This document shows positions 27,501 to 42,860 of a DNA stretch of 64,000 nt, one piece after another. The notes below the pieces were generated by a model. That model ran no database searches. It was not told the DNA's origin and saw only the letters and a program-made list of their open reading frames with translations. Numbering within the stretch: the first letter of the stretch is position 1; each line of letters begins with the position of its first letter. The DNA is from the human T2T-CHM13v2.0 reference genome, Homo sapiens. The position numbers and the translations under genes were made by a program. Location: assembly GCF_009914755.1 (NCBI RefSeq), contig NC_060927.1. One strand, written 5' to 3'.

Positions 27501-28680
27501 ACAGCATTAAGCAAAATTTTATAGCTCTGTGATAAAACTAAGCATTTTTTTTCTGAAGAATTGTAAGTTTGAACTTCTTATTGCTTCTATATGATTAGAG
27601 TCATAGAGCTTTTAGCGAACCTCTGGGAAATAGACATTACTTTCCCTATAATCTGCCAAAAACATCTCTCTACAAATGTTCTTTCAAATTATGTCAGTGT
27701 AACAGAAACGAACGATGTGCTATATTTTCCAGAAAAGGAAATGGCACTAGAAAAAGAATATTTAAGAGAATACAATGAGTCAAGGCCAAGACGAAAATGT
27801 AAATTTTAACAAAGATCAAAGAGAGATGTAATGGAGGCCTGAATTAAGCTAGCTGACTAGGAATCAAAAGATCTGATAAATTTGAAGATAGACTGTTAAC
27901 CAAATGGGATAAATATAATTTTGTTACCCGGGACTAACAAATTTAGACTTTCTGTGTTTAAATTTTCTATGTACCTCATGACACATGAATAAATAGGTTG
28001 AATTTTCATTTTGTCCTATGATGACATGCGTCTCTCAAAGCTCTTAAAGTGCCATTTGGTTCACATTATTATTGTTCCATTTCTACACAGGTCATAAAAA
28101 GAATATCCTTACTATTTCTAGCATCTGAAAAAAATTAGAGAATATGTATGTGCCACACTTGTTGGTTATCTGTTACTATAAACATGGCTAAGGAAAAAAG
28201 TCTTTGGCTTACGTATGTCTGCACACTGAAACATACACAACTTTACCATTAATTATAAATAGTTTAAAATATTAGCTCACTTAAATCATAGCAATGGCTA
28301 TCAAGTACATATTAGTATTAAATATATTTTGGAGATGAGATATCAAGTCGCAGGTGAAAACATCTGTAAGAAGACCCAGGTCACATGCAGCCTCTCCACA
28401 CCATAGTGAATGCATAATTCGAGATAACAAGTCCAAAAGTAGCATTCTAAAAAGAGTATTCCGAAAGGAGCATTCTAATTAGATGTTTGCTTTTTAGCTG
28501 TGATTGAATATAGTAAAGCCCTGGTGAAAACAATACATAAATTTGCATATCAAGTATGTTTTATAACTTTTCAAATTGTTGTTAAAGAATTTACATTTAG
28601 CTGTTTCCATAGTGTCTTTTCTTTATTTTCTTAAGAGAGAATCACATGTTCATTTCAGTCATAGAAAAAGCAGAACTTTA

Positions 28681-30021
<1,341 letters not shown>

Positions 30022-30579
30022 TAATAATGGGGATAACAGTGAGGTCCATTATATTATAGTTGTGTGAATACTATCTACTTTTGTCTAAATCATCAACTTT
30101 CAGGTTATCTTTTTTAGAAGTGACAATCTATAGAAGAAATGCTCGTGTACAATTTGAGACCAAACTGTAATATTTGTGAATTTTTTTGTAATCTTGGGAT
30201 AATGTCTAAAGTTCTTAGCAAGGTCCATAAAGCCATGTACAAAATGACACTGGATAATTAATGTCTTGCTTTCTTCTCTCATACATTTGAGGATAATATT
30301 AAATAAATATTCTGCTGAATGTCAATAAAGCTAATGTAAGAAATCAAAAGTGATCACAGTGTTTTGTAATGCAGTTGTTAATGCCAAACAGATAATGGCC
30401 ATTTTAGTGTAGTGCTGAAACAGAATAGCATAGGTTAGGAAGATATCATGAAGCAAATAACTAGAAATACAAATATTTGCTTTAAAAGGGGTCATTAGCT
30501 AAAGAGAGATATACATTCAAAGAAAATTTTATATTTTCAGTTAAGATATGCAAATATATTTTGATTAGTCTATCTGTTA

Positions 30580-30910
30580 ACTGTATTCGTTTGCTGATTC
30601 AACAATATTTGTTACCACATGCTCTATGCCAAATCCTGTCCATGCCTTTATGGATCTTCATGTGCCTTGTTAATAATTATTCACTTTGTTTAAAGGATGG
30701 CTTTAAATCATTTTTATTGCTGAGATAGGGAGAGCTGGAGGATAAACAATTTGGGGAAAGTAGATAAAAAATTCAGTTCATACATAGTAAATGTGAGGTG
30801 TTTGTGAGATATTTGAGTGTAGCTGTGAAATAGGTAGTTGTATGTATAATTAGAGATAACAAGAGCTGAAATAGAAATATAAATGTGGAAAATTTTGCCA
30901 TAACTGGTGC
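30580..30910 (-). mobile_element. L2 fragments
   Basis: attcaacaatatttgttaccacatgctctatgcca; ttcagttcatacatagtaaatgtgaggtgtttgtgagatatt. Confidence 0.55.
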
Positions 30911-32651
30911 ACTATATCTACTTATTTCATTAACTGATTTATTAGTTATATAATTAGTAATATCTAACACGTATCTAATACTAATTCATGAACTCTTTTA
31001 TGCTTACTAATTCATATCTTTCACATTGGCAATATAAGTGCATCCATTTTGAAATATCTGCCTATGTCATTTATTTTTTTACGAACCCATTATACAACAT
31101 TTTGCAAAGGGCACTGAATGAAGCAAAAGTGTAAAGATTTGCGTGAAACAGATACCCATTTTCCTCCGTCATGTCTCTGCTTGAGTTCAGTCTCACATGT
31201 TGTATCTGAACTTCATTTTAGACCCTTACTCCTTTTCTTTACCTTAAGTCACTCAGTGCTAAGGAAAGTTATTGCTAACACTGAGATATTTTTTAAGAGC
31301 AAACGTAGATACTATTTATAATAATGCAGGAAAGCAGAACAAAAGAAAACAGTCTCTTTCCTTAACACTCATATTCATCATTCCCCATGTGCTCTGTCTA
31401 CATCAACTTCCAAACCTACAAGAGGAAACCATTGTCTACTCCAGAGAATGAAGGACATGTCCTTAAGGCAATAAATTTCAACTTATATTCTCAATCAAAA
31501 TTCTTAGCATTTTACCATACACTACACTATTTTCTAGTCCTAATAAACATATAATTTTATAATATATTGCCTTTTGCATTTATTTTTCAATGACTAAATA
31601 GTACTTGTTTTTGATTCTCCATGTCTAGTACATTTTCTTACTCAATTACCTAATATTGAATAAATTTAATGGATTAATTATTGATCTGGAAATACATGGA
31701 TATATGTAAAAATAACTAGAACACGTGACAATAAAACTTAGTTATATCTGTTTAAATGAAGCTGTCAATAACATTTAAAACCATAATTTAGTGTATTTTT
31801 AGAAATAAGTACAATTATTTATAATTTTATTAAAAGAGAAAATAGTAATGATCTTTTGTAAATATTTGGATAACAGTAGTTAAATCTATTTTCTAGTCAT
31901 ACAATGGTCATGGAATTACACAGAAAAGGAAAGTGAGTAAGGAGATTTTAAACTCTTCCTAAGATTAAGATTAATATGCTTAATATCACTTATAATATTA
32001 TTTATATTATTATTTATATTACAAATAATACAGCTATATTGGTATAATGAAACTATAATATTTTATTATAAAACAATTTATAATAAAATATTAATATTTA
32101 TCAATAACATTAATTTTTTAAAGAATAAGATTAAATCTCTGTGCCTATGTATTAATGCTTCCAAAATTTAAAGATTATATGCCAAAATATTTGTGTTAAA
32201 TGGACATTTGTTGAAATCTTAAGTTATTTTGCCAAAATATTTTAATGTTATGCTGAATTCTTAAAACTTGCCTAAAAATAGAAAAATGTAATTCTATACC
32301 ATAACTGATTATTCTCCAATTCATATTAAACTGTGAAACTATGTATTTGAGACACATATTCAGCATTTTTCAGGGTTAACCATATGTATATTTAAAATTT
32401 ACTGAAATTAAGAACCAGACAGCACAAAATTATGTGGGACATATATCCATCATTAAATAAAACTAATGTTCTATATCAATAATATTTTCCAAATGTGCCT
32501 TAAATATCTCTCCTTACATTATTTTTCATTAAATCATAAATGTAAAGATAATACTTACTAAGAACCAACATAAAGCCTATTTTCTTGAAAAACAATTACA
32601 TGCATTGGAATTAATCTTCAGAAAAAATTAAATTGAAAACTAATCGTTAAT

Positions 32652-32874
32652 ATTCACTCAGCTTATTTGCCATTGGGTAGAACTATAATATCACTGGCTT
32701 CTTAAAAATTGTATTTCCAACTAAAGTTGCAAACATAGACATTTCTCAATTAAAAAAAAGTTTCTTTTTATTTAAGGCTGTTAATATATTCTTACTTATC
32801 AATAAATTACTGATTGTATCTCATTTCATATACACACATACACCTACACACATATACACACAACACACGCATAC
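32652..32874 (+). repeat. Copy A of ~225-bp dispersed direct duplication
   Basis: Aligns to 33630-33863. Confidence 0.9.
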
Positions 32875-33023
32875 ATTTTTGGGGGAAGATTCTTTGTTTA
32901 TAAGAAGATTTCATAATATCTTTCAAATTGCCAATGTAAGTGCATGTTTTTTAACATTAAAAGAGTTGTCAAAACAAATTACACAGAACCAAACATCAAA
33001 GCAGCAGTTCCAAAACAGCCTTA

Positions 33024-33076
33024 AATCATAAACCTAAAATATAGGTTTACAAAGCCTATATTTTAGGTTTATGATT
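33024..33076. repeat. Perfect 22-bp inverted repeat with 9-nt spacer
   Basis: aatcataaacctaaaatatagg / tttacaaag / cctatattttaggtttatgatt. Confidence 0.97.
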
Positions 33077-33629
33077 AATATATAATTTGAGGAGTTTTTT
33101 TCCACATATGGGAAAAATAAATTTAAATCAAATGGTACAATTTTATAAGCAGGTAGTTATGAATTTTTACTGTAAACAAATTCTTTCAAAATAAGTAATC
33201 TACATTTTTATGCCACAATGACCAACTGATGCGAATTAAATTCATCCCAGTTTATAAACCATCTTCTCTGCTGATGGGAAAGTGATTTCTTATTAAAATC
33301 TTATAAACGCTGATAAAAAGCAACATAACATGGCATTAAGACAAAAGATGTAACATTTTCTTTATATGCTTAAATATGCAACATATCAGTATCTTGTTAG
33401 CAGAATAGTTTAGTCAAAGCCTGAAGAATAGAGACAAGCATACTTCCTCATTATGTTGTGTAATATAGTTTCTTTGCATTATAAAAATTAAATAGATGTT
33501 TTTCAAGTGCATATCTTCTTAATATATATTTGCACATTTATCTTCTCTTTTGAAAAACAGTGGCACCCTGGTCTTAAAATTAGTCTTACATGTAGAAAAG
33601 TGTTTTGAAATATTGTCTTTCAGATTCTC

Positions 33630-33863
33630 ATTCACTCACAGGTCATACTTGCCACTGGGTAGAACTATAGTATCACTTGTTTGTGAAAAATTTTTGTTTT
33701 CGACCAATGTTACAAACGTAGACATTTCTAAATATAAAACAATTGTTTATTTTTTATTTAAGACTTAAAATATTACCTTCTTACTTATTAATAAATTAGT
33801 GATTATATCTTATTTCATATACACACAGATACCTACACACATATACACACAACACACACATAC
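33630..33863 (+). repeat. Copy B of ~225-bp dispersed direct duplication
   Basis: Shares tgggtagaactata, tagacatttct, tttcatatacacaca, acctacacacatatacacacaacacac with 32652-32874. Confidence 0.9.
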
Positions 33864-34429
33864 TTCTTCCTATGAATCCAAGTTAAGCTGCCTATGAAAG
33901 GCAGTAATTTCTATCCTCTTAGCAGTCATATATACTATAACACATTTCCAAACCTTTCAAAAGCAGGATTGTGTATGGGAAATTGGGAAGATTATGCCCA
34001 TTTGAAGAAAACAAATCTGGAATTGAGTCATTCTTCTTATACTCTGTAATTATGTGCAGACACTTGGGAGACGGGTATAAATGTATAACTTTATACATTC
34101 TAAGTTTATACATTATAAATTTATACATAAGGGCCTTGCCTTATATGGATGGACTTAGGTGGGAAAGAAACTGTTCAAGTTTCTCAAATGATTTGGACGC
34201 ACATTATCTGGCACAATAAATATTATTCCTTAATTTTCATTAGCATAGAATATTGGATTTCTATAAAATGGTCTCAGTGTTGAATCTTCCTCCTCTCTAG
34301 TAGAGCAGAAAAAAATTGGAAACAGATTATGTGCTTCGGTTCAATGGAAAGTCCTAAATCTGAGGGTGGAAGAGACATTCAGCACAACTCTCAGATTCAA
34401 AAAAGAAGTCACAAGAAAAATAGGATGGA

Positions 34430-34730
34430 GGCTGGGCATGGTGGCTCACGTCTATAATCCCAGCACTTTGGTAGTCTGAGGCTGGTGGATCACTTGAGTT
34501 CAGGAGTTTGAGACCAGCCTGGTCAACATGGTGAAATCCCATCTTTACAAAAAATACAAAAATTATCTGGGTGTGGTGGCAGGCGCCTGGAGTCCCAGTT
34601 ATTCAGGAGGCTGTAGCAGGAGACTCTCTTGAACCCAGGAGGTGGAGGTTGCAGTTAGCCAAGACTGTGCCATTGCACTCCAACCTGGGTGACAAGAGCG
34701 AGACTCTGTCTCAAAAACGAAATATAAACA
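34430..34730 (+). mobile_element. Full-length AluS
   Basis: Both arms; TSD aagaaaaataggatgga / aagaaaactaggatgga. Confidence 0.96.
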
Positions 34731-34779
34731 AAGAAAACTAGGATGGAGTATTGCTATAGACATTTGAAGTCTACGGTGC

Positions 34780-35420
34780 ACTGAGAGTAACCTTATTAAC
34801 CACAAACTCAAACCTAGTTAGACTGCTGTGTAGATTAACTGAAATCCTATTACAGCAGAAGGAAAGGAGTGTCCATTTCAAGCACATAAATTAGTTGAAT
34901 AACTCTCTACTGTCTGATAGAAGATATTCAGATTCCAACAAAAATTTATCAAGCATACATAAAGGCAGGAAAATCAACATTGTGAAAAGATAAAGCAATC
35001 AACTGAACCAGAATCACATATGGCACAGATGTTGAAATCTGTGACAGAGAATTGAAGGTAAGTATGGTTAATATGTTAATGGTTCTAATGGAAAATATAC
35101 TATATCAGATACATAATTTTAGCAGAGCTATAAAGAATAAAAGCAAATGTTAAGAGGAAATACTAGAAATATGAAACAATAATAGAGATGAAGAATGTTT
35201 TCCCTGAAATTATTAGTTGGCTTAACACAGATGAGCAGAAAGTTTGTAAATGTGAAGACATCAACAAAACTAACGATATTGATACAAAAACAGAAAAAAA
35301 TGAGTTAAAAAAAGTGTACAACATTCAAAATATGTGGGACAATATCAAATGCTCTAACACACTTGTAATACTAAAAGAAGAAGAAGAAGAAAAAAACAGG
35401 TTAAATGAAATGTTTGAATG
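34780..35420 (+). mobile_element. Ancient L1M ORF1 fragment
   Basis: cacagatgttgaaatctgtgacagagaattgaaggtaagtatggttaatatgtt; tgtgggacaatatcaaatgctctaacacac. Confidence 0.6.
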
Positions 35421-35424
35421 TTAT

Positions 35425-37125
35425 ACACATTAACAAAATGAAGAATGACAATGACATGATCATCTCAATAGGTGTAGAAAAAGCTATGACAAAATTTATT
35501 ATCCTTTTATGATAAAATATTTAAACAAATTAGGTATAGAAAGTATGTACCTCAAAATAACAAAGGCTTTGTATAACAAGCACACAGCTAACGTCACACT
35601 CAGTGGTAGAAAACTGTTAGCTTTTCCTCTATTATTACAAACAAGGCAAGGATGCCCACTCTCATCACTTCTATTCAACACAGTACTGGAAGTACTAACT
35701 AGAATAATTAGGCAATAAATAAATAAATAAATGGCATCCAAATAGGAAAGGAAGAAGTAAAATTATCTCCTTTTATAGATGGCATGATGTTATACATACA
35801 AAAGATGTCACAAAAAATAAAAAATCCTGTTACAACTGATAACCAAATTCAGTAAAGTTGCAAGATACGAAATCTTTATATAAAAATCAGCTATATTTAT
35901 ATATGCCAAGAATGAACTAACTCAAAAGAAAATTTAGAAATTAAGAAAATATTATCATTCATGATAGCATCAAAAATAATAAAATACTTACAACAACCTC
36001 AGAGGAGGCAAAAGACTTTTACACTGAAAACCATGAAACATTGCTGAAAATAATTAAACAAAACACATATAAATGGAAAGATATCCTATGTTCTTGGATT
36101 GGAAGACAATGTTGTTAAAGTATCTATACTGCTCAAAGTCATCTACAGATTCAATGCAAGTTCTACCGAAATCCCAATGGTATTCTTCACAGAAGTAGTA
36201 GAAAAATGCTACAATTCATATGGAACTATAAAAGACCCAAAACAGCCAAAGAAATCTTTAGCAAAAAGAACAAAGCTGGAAGCATCTTACTATCTGATTT
36301 CAATATATATTGCAAAACTACAGTAATCCAAACAGTATAGAACAGCATAAAATCAGACATATAGACCAACAGAACAGAATAGAAAGGCCTGGAATTAAAT
36401 CCACACATTTAGAGCCAACCAGTCTTTGACAAGGTGTCAAGAACACACAATAATTAAAAGACAATCTTCAATAAATGTTGGAGGGAAAACTGGATAGTCC
36501 CACCACCATGCAGAAGAATGAAAATGAATCGTCATCTCTAACTAAGTACAAAAATAAATTCAAAGTAAATTAAAAACTTAAATGTAAGACCTGAACATGT
36601 AAAACGATTAAGAGAAAATGGGGTGAAATCTCCATGACATTTGTCTTGACAATGATTTATTAGACACTAAAAACACAGGCCGCAAAAACAAAAACAAATG
36701 AAACATCAAACTAAAAATCTTCTACACAGCAAAGGAAATACCAGTGAATGAAAAGGCAACTAATGGAATGGGAAAATATATTTATAAACTATATATCTAA
36801 TGAGGGATTAGGGGTATCCAAAAAATAAAATAAATTCCTGGAACTCAATATTAAAAATCCAAATAATCCAATTAAAGCAATGGGCAAAGGGCTCGAAAAG
36901 TCACTTCTTCAAATAAACATGAAAATGCAAACCAGGTATATGAAAAGATGCTGAACATTTTATTCATCAGGGAAATACAAATAAAAACCACAATGAAATT
37001 ATTAACTCACATCTGCTTGGATGGCCATTATCAAATAATTAGAAAATAACAAGTGTTAGTGATGATGTGGGGATACCAGAGACCTTGTACGCTGTTAGTA
37101 GGAATGTAAAATAGAGTAGTCATTA
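35425..37125 (+). mobile_element. L1MA-type ORF2 (RT to C-terminus) fragment
   Basis: ORF 35509-35718 [19 protein letters not shown]; 36099-36326 KVIYRFNA. Confidence 0.88.
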
Positions 37126-40100
37126 AAGAGGATAAACCCATGAAACAACCAAAAGTGCTTATATTGAACACTGATATTGCTGAGATGATGTTTCATTTTA
37201 TACTGTTTAAACATATATTACTTATTCAATAAATTGTATAAATATATTTTCATTATTGAGGTAAAGATAAATTAAAAAGTAGGTTTTTTGTTTTCCTATT
37301 TCCAAACTTTTTTTCATTTAGTCTAAATTTTACCTCATCAATGTTTATCAGTTTTATGAGTAGAAACTTCCTATTTATACATATTTCTAGTAGTTCTCTG
37401 AAAGTAATTTTTTACCTAAAAGCTCATCATAGTAAAATATAGAATTGTTTCATAATGTTTTAGAAGGGTAGAAATAAAAATAAAAGGGAATGCCTGCTTA
37501 TCATTCTGACTTATAGGTGAAGTAAAACAGCTTTCAATAAATTTTTTTTAAATCGTAGATTAAAATGAATTTTTTGGTATAAAATGAGGCACTGAAAAAA
37601 TAAGGACAAGTAAATAAGGTTGTACTCAAGAAATACATGAGGAGAAGAGCCTTGACATGTGTGAACTTATTTCTTAATTTCCTTGCTGTTCTCATCAGAA
37701 CACACTGGAAGACAACTGCTCATAGTATCATTGCAGATTTCATAATGAAGGATGCTGAGTAAGCCCCCCAGGCCTTTAACTGTAGCTCTATATGGTATAA
37801 TTGGCTTAAAGGATGAGTAGAGCTGTGCTAAAAATGTTTGTCTGTTGATTGTACATAACTATTTTCTTAACGGTGGAAATGCACTTTAGTAACAAGAGAA
37901 ACACGATGCCATTTTTATTAAGAAAATTAATTATTAATTTAAAAATAAAATTATTAATTGATAAAGACAAGAAGGGTTTGCTGGCCAGTAGGGAATTGTA
38001 GGCAAATCAATTTTTATGGATTCCAAGTGAACTTTTTGGTACTGGATATGGCTGAAAATTACTAATTATAATTGTACAGATACACATTAATACTAAATGT
38101 TTTAAAATAAAAATGATCTCAAAATGTAGGCTCTTTCCTGAAAATACCTAAATGCTTCATGATGCAAAATCTAAAGTGCTTTTTTTAAATTAAGCAGCAC
38201 GTCAAATAACAATACAATTTTTGATTTTCTTTCATAAAAGGTAAGATTAAATCATCAAAACCAGACTTTGTTATGTAATAGGATAACAATTGCTTTATAC
38301 AGAAAGGAACATATGTATATTGATGCTCCCTCTTCAGGCTTCGGATTTCAATGGAAATACACTGCTCCACCAATATCACCAGAAGAGCCTTTCAGAGATC
38401 ACTCTTGCCAGCCTGATGATGCAGTGGAAGGTGAAAAGTCATGTCACAGAACATGAAATACCTTGGCAGTGCTAAACTAATCCACTTCTAGATTCACAGC
38501 TGCCAGGCACTTTGGTGAAATTTCTTTTTAAATTCTAATAATAAAGCAAAAAAAAAAAAAAAAAGACTTTTAGAATCTGTATCATGTTCTAACATGTTTT
38601 ACAAATTTGCATGTAAGAGCTAGGACTTAATTTTGGTAAGTTAGTTGAAAAGCTCAAAAGTACTTTCATGGTAAATTTTCACTGAAATAAATAATCACAA
38701 CCCCCCAGGAAGAAAACATAGTTTTATATATTAGAATATTCAAAATACAATTTATTAAAGAATCATCATGCAATTAGAAAGGCTAGACTAAATTAAGATA
38801 TATTGCATTGCATTCCCATTTTGGATAAGCTAATAAAACTGCTCCAAATGATGTAATATTCACGTCTTTGAATTGAATTAAGTGTTTCTGGCAAGCTAAA
38901 GAAATTTGAAGAAGTGCAGTCTTATCTCTCTTAGTAACAAAAAAGTCTCAGTTCCATAAATTGAACAAATATGTGTATGCTTTTTACATTAGTGAAGACT
39001 TAACACACACAGGTAAAAAGTCTCCAAAAACCCTGCTGCAGGAATTAATAGTTTGTGAGAAAAATAAGTGTCTGGAGAATATAGTAATCTTCAGCTTTAT
39101 GAAAAATGTACATTTTCTCCTTGAATTATTGTTGTCAAAATTGACTGCTTTGATAATTCATAATTCAAAGCAGCAATATTTTAAAGTCTGGGTTAAATTT
39201 GAAGAGATTTCCCTTCTAATGACAGAATTAATCTAGGGCAAAATTTCAAACTTATAGATCTTACAAGGCCTTGTGGTTTTCTTCATTTCTGTCTGGCTAT
39301 TTTTAGTTGATCCAGTTTAACCATTTTCTTGATACCTAAGGGCTAGGATGCATTCATGGCAGGTTTAATGCACCATTAAACCAGGACTGCCTTCTCTAAT
39401 CAGCACTAGATATTCAAGCCTCGATTGTGTTTTTATCCTACCCAATTTAAATTTTGTAAATTCCTTTTCCTCAGATCCCCGTTTTCCATTATCACAGGAA
39501 CAGCTCCCTATTTGGTAAGAGTACCTTCCATCTTGCAGGCAGTACAATCTGGATCATACTTGAGTACTCATGTGCTTACAACTTACCATTCAAGACAGCA
39601 CAAGATTCTGTTTATAGAAGTCTTCATAAATGTTATTAGAAGTTAATTGAATCCAAGATGTTAAAGAAACAAAGAAGCTTAATGTGTTTTTCTCAGTTTG
39701 TACATCTGTTTTGTCTAGGATAAAGAAAGGCACTTGACCTGGACTTGGATAAATTCTGAGACAGTTGCAGCAGGTGGAAGAAATAGCTGGTATATGAGAG
39801 GAAAACAAAATAGAAATAATCAAGGTCAGCATACTACCTTTTTATGACCCTTCCTTTATAATTCCCTCTAGGCTTTTTTTTCTTTTAAAATATTATCCTG
39901 TCTGATATGTCCACCTACTCATCTGCAATTTCTGATATGGAAGCTCCAGATTCTAGTTTACATCTATATGACAATCACTGTCGAAATAAAAGAAAATCCA
40001 CAAAACTCTTTGCACCAACTAGTTGGGAGTTGAGAATGTTCATAAATTTATTGTAAAAATAATAATCTATGTACAAATATTATCAAGTACTTGGTGAGTT

Positions 40101-41985
40101 ATGCATGTTACTGATAATGAGAACATTTGGAACATATTAGAAAATATTAATTTTATTATGTCATTCTCTTAATGCAGATTATCAGTGCAGATTATCAGAA
40201 AGTTTATAGCTGAAGGTCTTACATGCAAGGCAATGAGAACAAAGAAAGAAACAGAGAAGGTTTCTTGTACCTAAATTATTTTCAATCTTGAGTTGCAGCC
40301 AAGAATTTTGATTTTGTAAGCAATCACCTCACCAGCTGTCGTGATATACCGCTGCCATGCCCTTGCTATTCCTTTTCTCAGCAGTGCAAGTGCTCACATG
40401 TAAATAATAGATAGGGTACTTTAAGACATGGGGTAAATTGAACAGGTTTATTTGGCACTGAGAAAACATCTGCCGTATAAAATCAAAATTAATGGCCATG
40501 ATGAGTTTCCTGCACTAACTTACTGCCATCCATTTAAAAATATCCATTGGTCTAAATGAGGCTAATATAACACATAGAGACACACACTTTCATTAGAACT
40601 TGAGCCCTCAACTCTCAGGGTCAGAACGCTGTGACACTGAACTCCAAAGCAATTGCGTTTCTCATCAGTTTCTGATATCTAGAAGTAAGGTAGGGCTAAA
40701 TAAAAATAGCATCAGAATGAGTGCACTAGTCTTCCCCAAAGTCTTTGCAGTGATTCTCTGAGAACCACTGATGTGAGTTCTGAGTTAGATCAAGCCTCTC
40801 TTTTTGATGTCTAACTATTCTCCATCACACTGCATGTATTCTTGAATGATGGAACATTTCAGGCCATTGATATTAAAACAACAAACAGCACCAAGTCACA
40901 TTTAAAAGGAAACTTGAAGACTCATTGTAAAATTTTTAACTATATTCAAAATGAAATTCAAGCTTTATAAAAAATGCTGAACATTTTTATTAGCGGCACA
41001 ATACTTTTATTAAAAACAATATAGTGTGAGCTTGAAAGAGTGTTTAGTGTGTAAAACCTTAAGGTATAAGAAATATATATATCTCACTGAACTTTAAACA
41101 TTACAACTTCTGGCTCATGTATATACTAAATGTAATGAGTCAGACCATGAGGGCTTGCCATTTGCTTTTCTACACGTGGGAAATATAACCCATATCCAAG
41201 ACTGTTATCATATTTATGAAAATATGATATTCTCATTGTTGTTGCTAACTGCTACATAATTTTTTTTGTAAAATTCTTATAAAATGGTGTCTTAACTCTC
41301 TGAAAAGTCTGGATTATGAAGACATGCTTTTAGAATTTTACAATTTTTTTATAAAAATAAATTTTCAAATTTGTCTTCAAAAAATAACCACATAAAAGAA
41401 AATAAATTAAAAAGTGGATTATAAAAATAAAGATGAAATATAAAGAAACAATGGAAAAATGCAGGTCCTATGTTCAATTTTTAAGGAATATAATTCAGTA
41501 AGTCTATGCAGAGTACAGGTTTCTTAAATTCAAAAATTATGTAAGAAAATATTTATAAGTCTTATGTGATTCCAATGTGTCCCCTACAAGATTACTTCTG
41601 TTACTTTTCTGCTTAACTGCTTATCAGCTAATTACATAATTTGCCTCCCTGCTTAGTAAATTAAAATCCCAATTCTCCTTCTTATAGTGCATTCACTCCA
41701 GATGAGTCAACATCTGTACAGAAAGGATAGCGACCATTCAGCAAGGATGCTCCTGTTTCCTAGAGTGAAAGCCTGAAAATGTCAGCAGGACTTAACACAA
41801 AGAGGCTGTAGAGGTGAAAACAAGCCAAAGTTTTTAACCAAATGTGCTGCAGGTAAAACACAGTCTCTATTAAATCAATAACTATGTTTTATATCATTTT
41901 AAAAAGTTTATTTTAGTCATGCACATAATTTTACTCTCCTTCTCACCTGGAGAGTACTTCATCTTTGTATGGTATTTGTCATTTT

Positions 41986-42655
41986 TTTTAAATTATACTT
42001 TAAGTTCTAGGACACATGTGCAGAACTTGCAGGTTTGTTACACAGGTATACACGTGCCATGGTGGTTTGCTGCACCCATCAACCCATCATCTACGTTAGG
42101 TATTTCTCCTAACTCTACCACTCCCCTAGCCTCCCACCCCCTAACAGGCCCCAATGTGTGATGTTCTCCTCCTTGTGCCCATAATGCTCTCATTGTTCAA
42201 CTCCCACTTATGAGTGAGCACATGTGATGTTTGATTTTCTGTTCCTGTGTTAGTTTGCTGAGTATGATGGTTTCCAGCTTCATCCATGTCCCTGCAAAGG
42301 ACATGATCTTACACTTTTTTATGGCTGAATAGTATTCCATGGTGTATATGTGCCAAATTTTCTTCATCCAGTCTATCATTGATGGACATTTGGGTTGGTT
42401 CCAATTCTTTGGTATTGTGAATAGCGCTGAAATAAACATATGTGTGCATGTGTCTTTATACTACAATGATTTATAATCCTTTGGGTATATACCCAGTAAT
42501 GGGATTGCTGGAACAAATGGTATTTCTGATTCTAGATCCTTGAAGAATCGCCATACTGTCGTCCACAATGGTTGAACTAATTTATACTCCCACCAACAGC
42601 GTAAAAGCGTTCCTATTTCTCCACATCCTCTCCAGCATCTGTTGTTTCCTGACTT
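41986..42655 (-). mobile_element. 5'-truncated L1PA7/8-like LINE-1
   Basis: Antisense 3'UTR gccatggtggtttgctgcacccatcaaccc; TSD atttgtcatttt at 41974-41985 and 42659-42670. Confidence 0.93.
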
Positions 42656-42699
42656 ATAATTTGTCATTTTAAAAGACTTCTGCTATCTTGATAACTTGT

Positions 42700-42860
42700 G
42701 CCTTATAACACTCTGTGAAGTAGGAAGGGCCAGTATTAATATCTTTAATTGACATATGAAAAAGCTGAGGATTCCAGGAAACATTAGTCAGTGATACGGG
42801 GTGTCAAGGTATCTCTTTTTAAAATTCCCATGTAATGTTATTTGCACACTATAACACCAC
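42700..42860 (-). mobile_element. MIR
   Basis: ctctgtgaagtagg...attgacatatgaaaaagctgagg core motif. Confidence 0.55.

Noticed and set aside
34080-34130. Three tttatacat units plus an inverted copy
   Set aside because: Short, low-complexity AT repeat.
38268-38475. Possible coding exon (tttatacag acceptor-like site, overlapping short ORFs)
   Set aside because: No recognisable protein similarity or convincing donor; such signals are common by chance.
40173-40198. Tandem 13-mer tgcagattatcag x2
   Set aside because: An ordinary small slippage duplication with no further structure.
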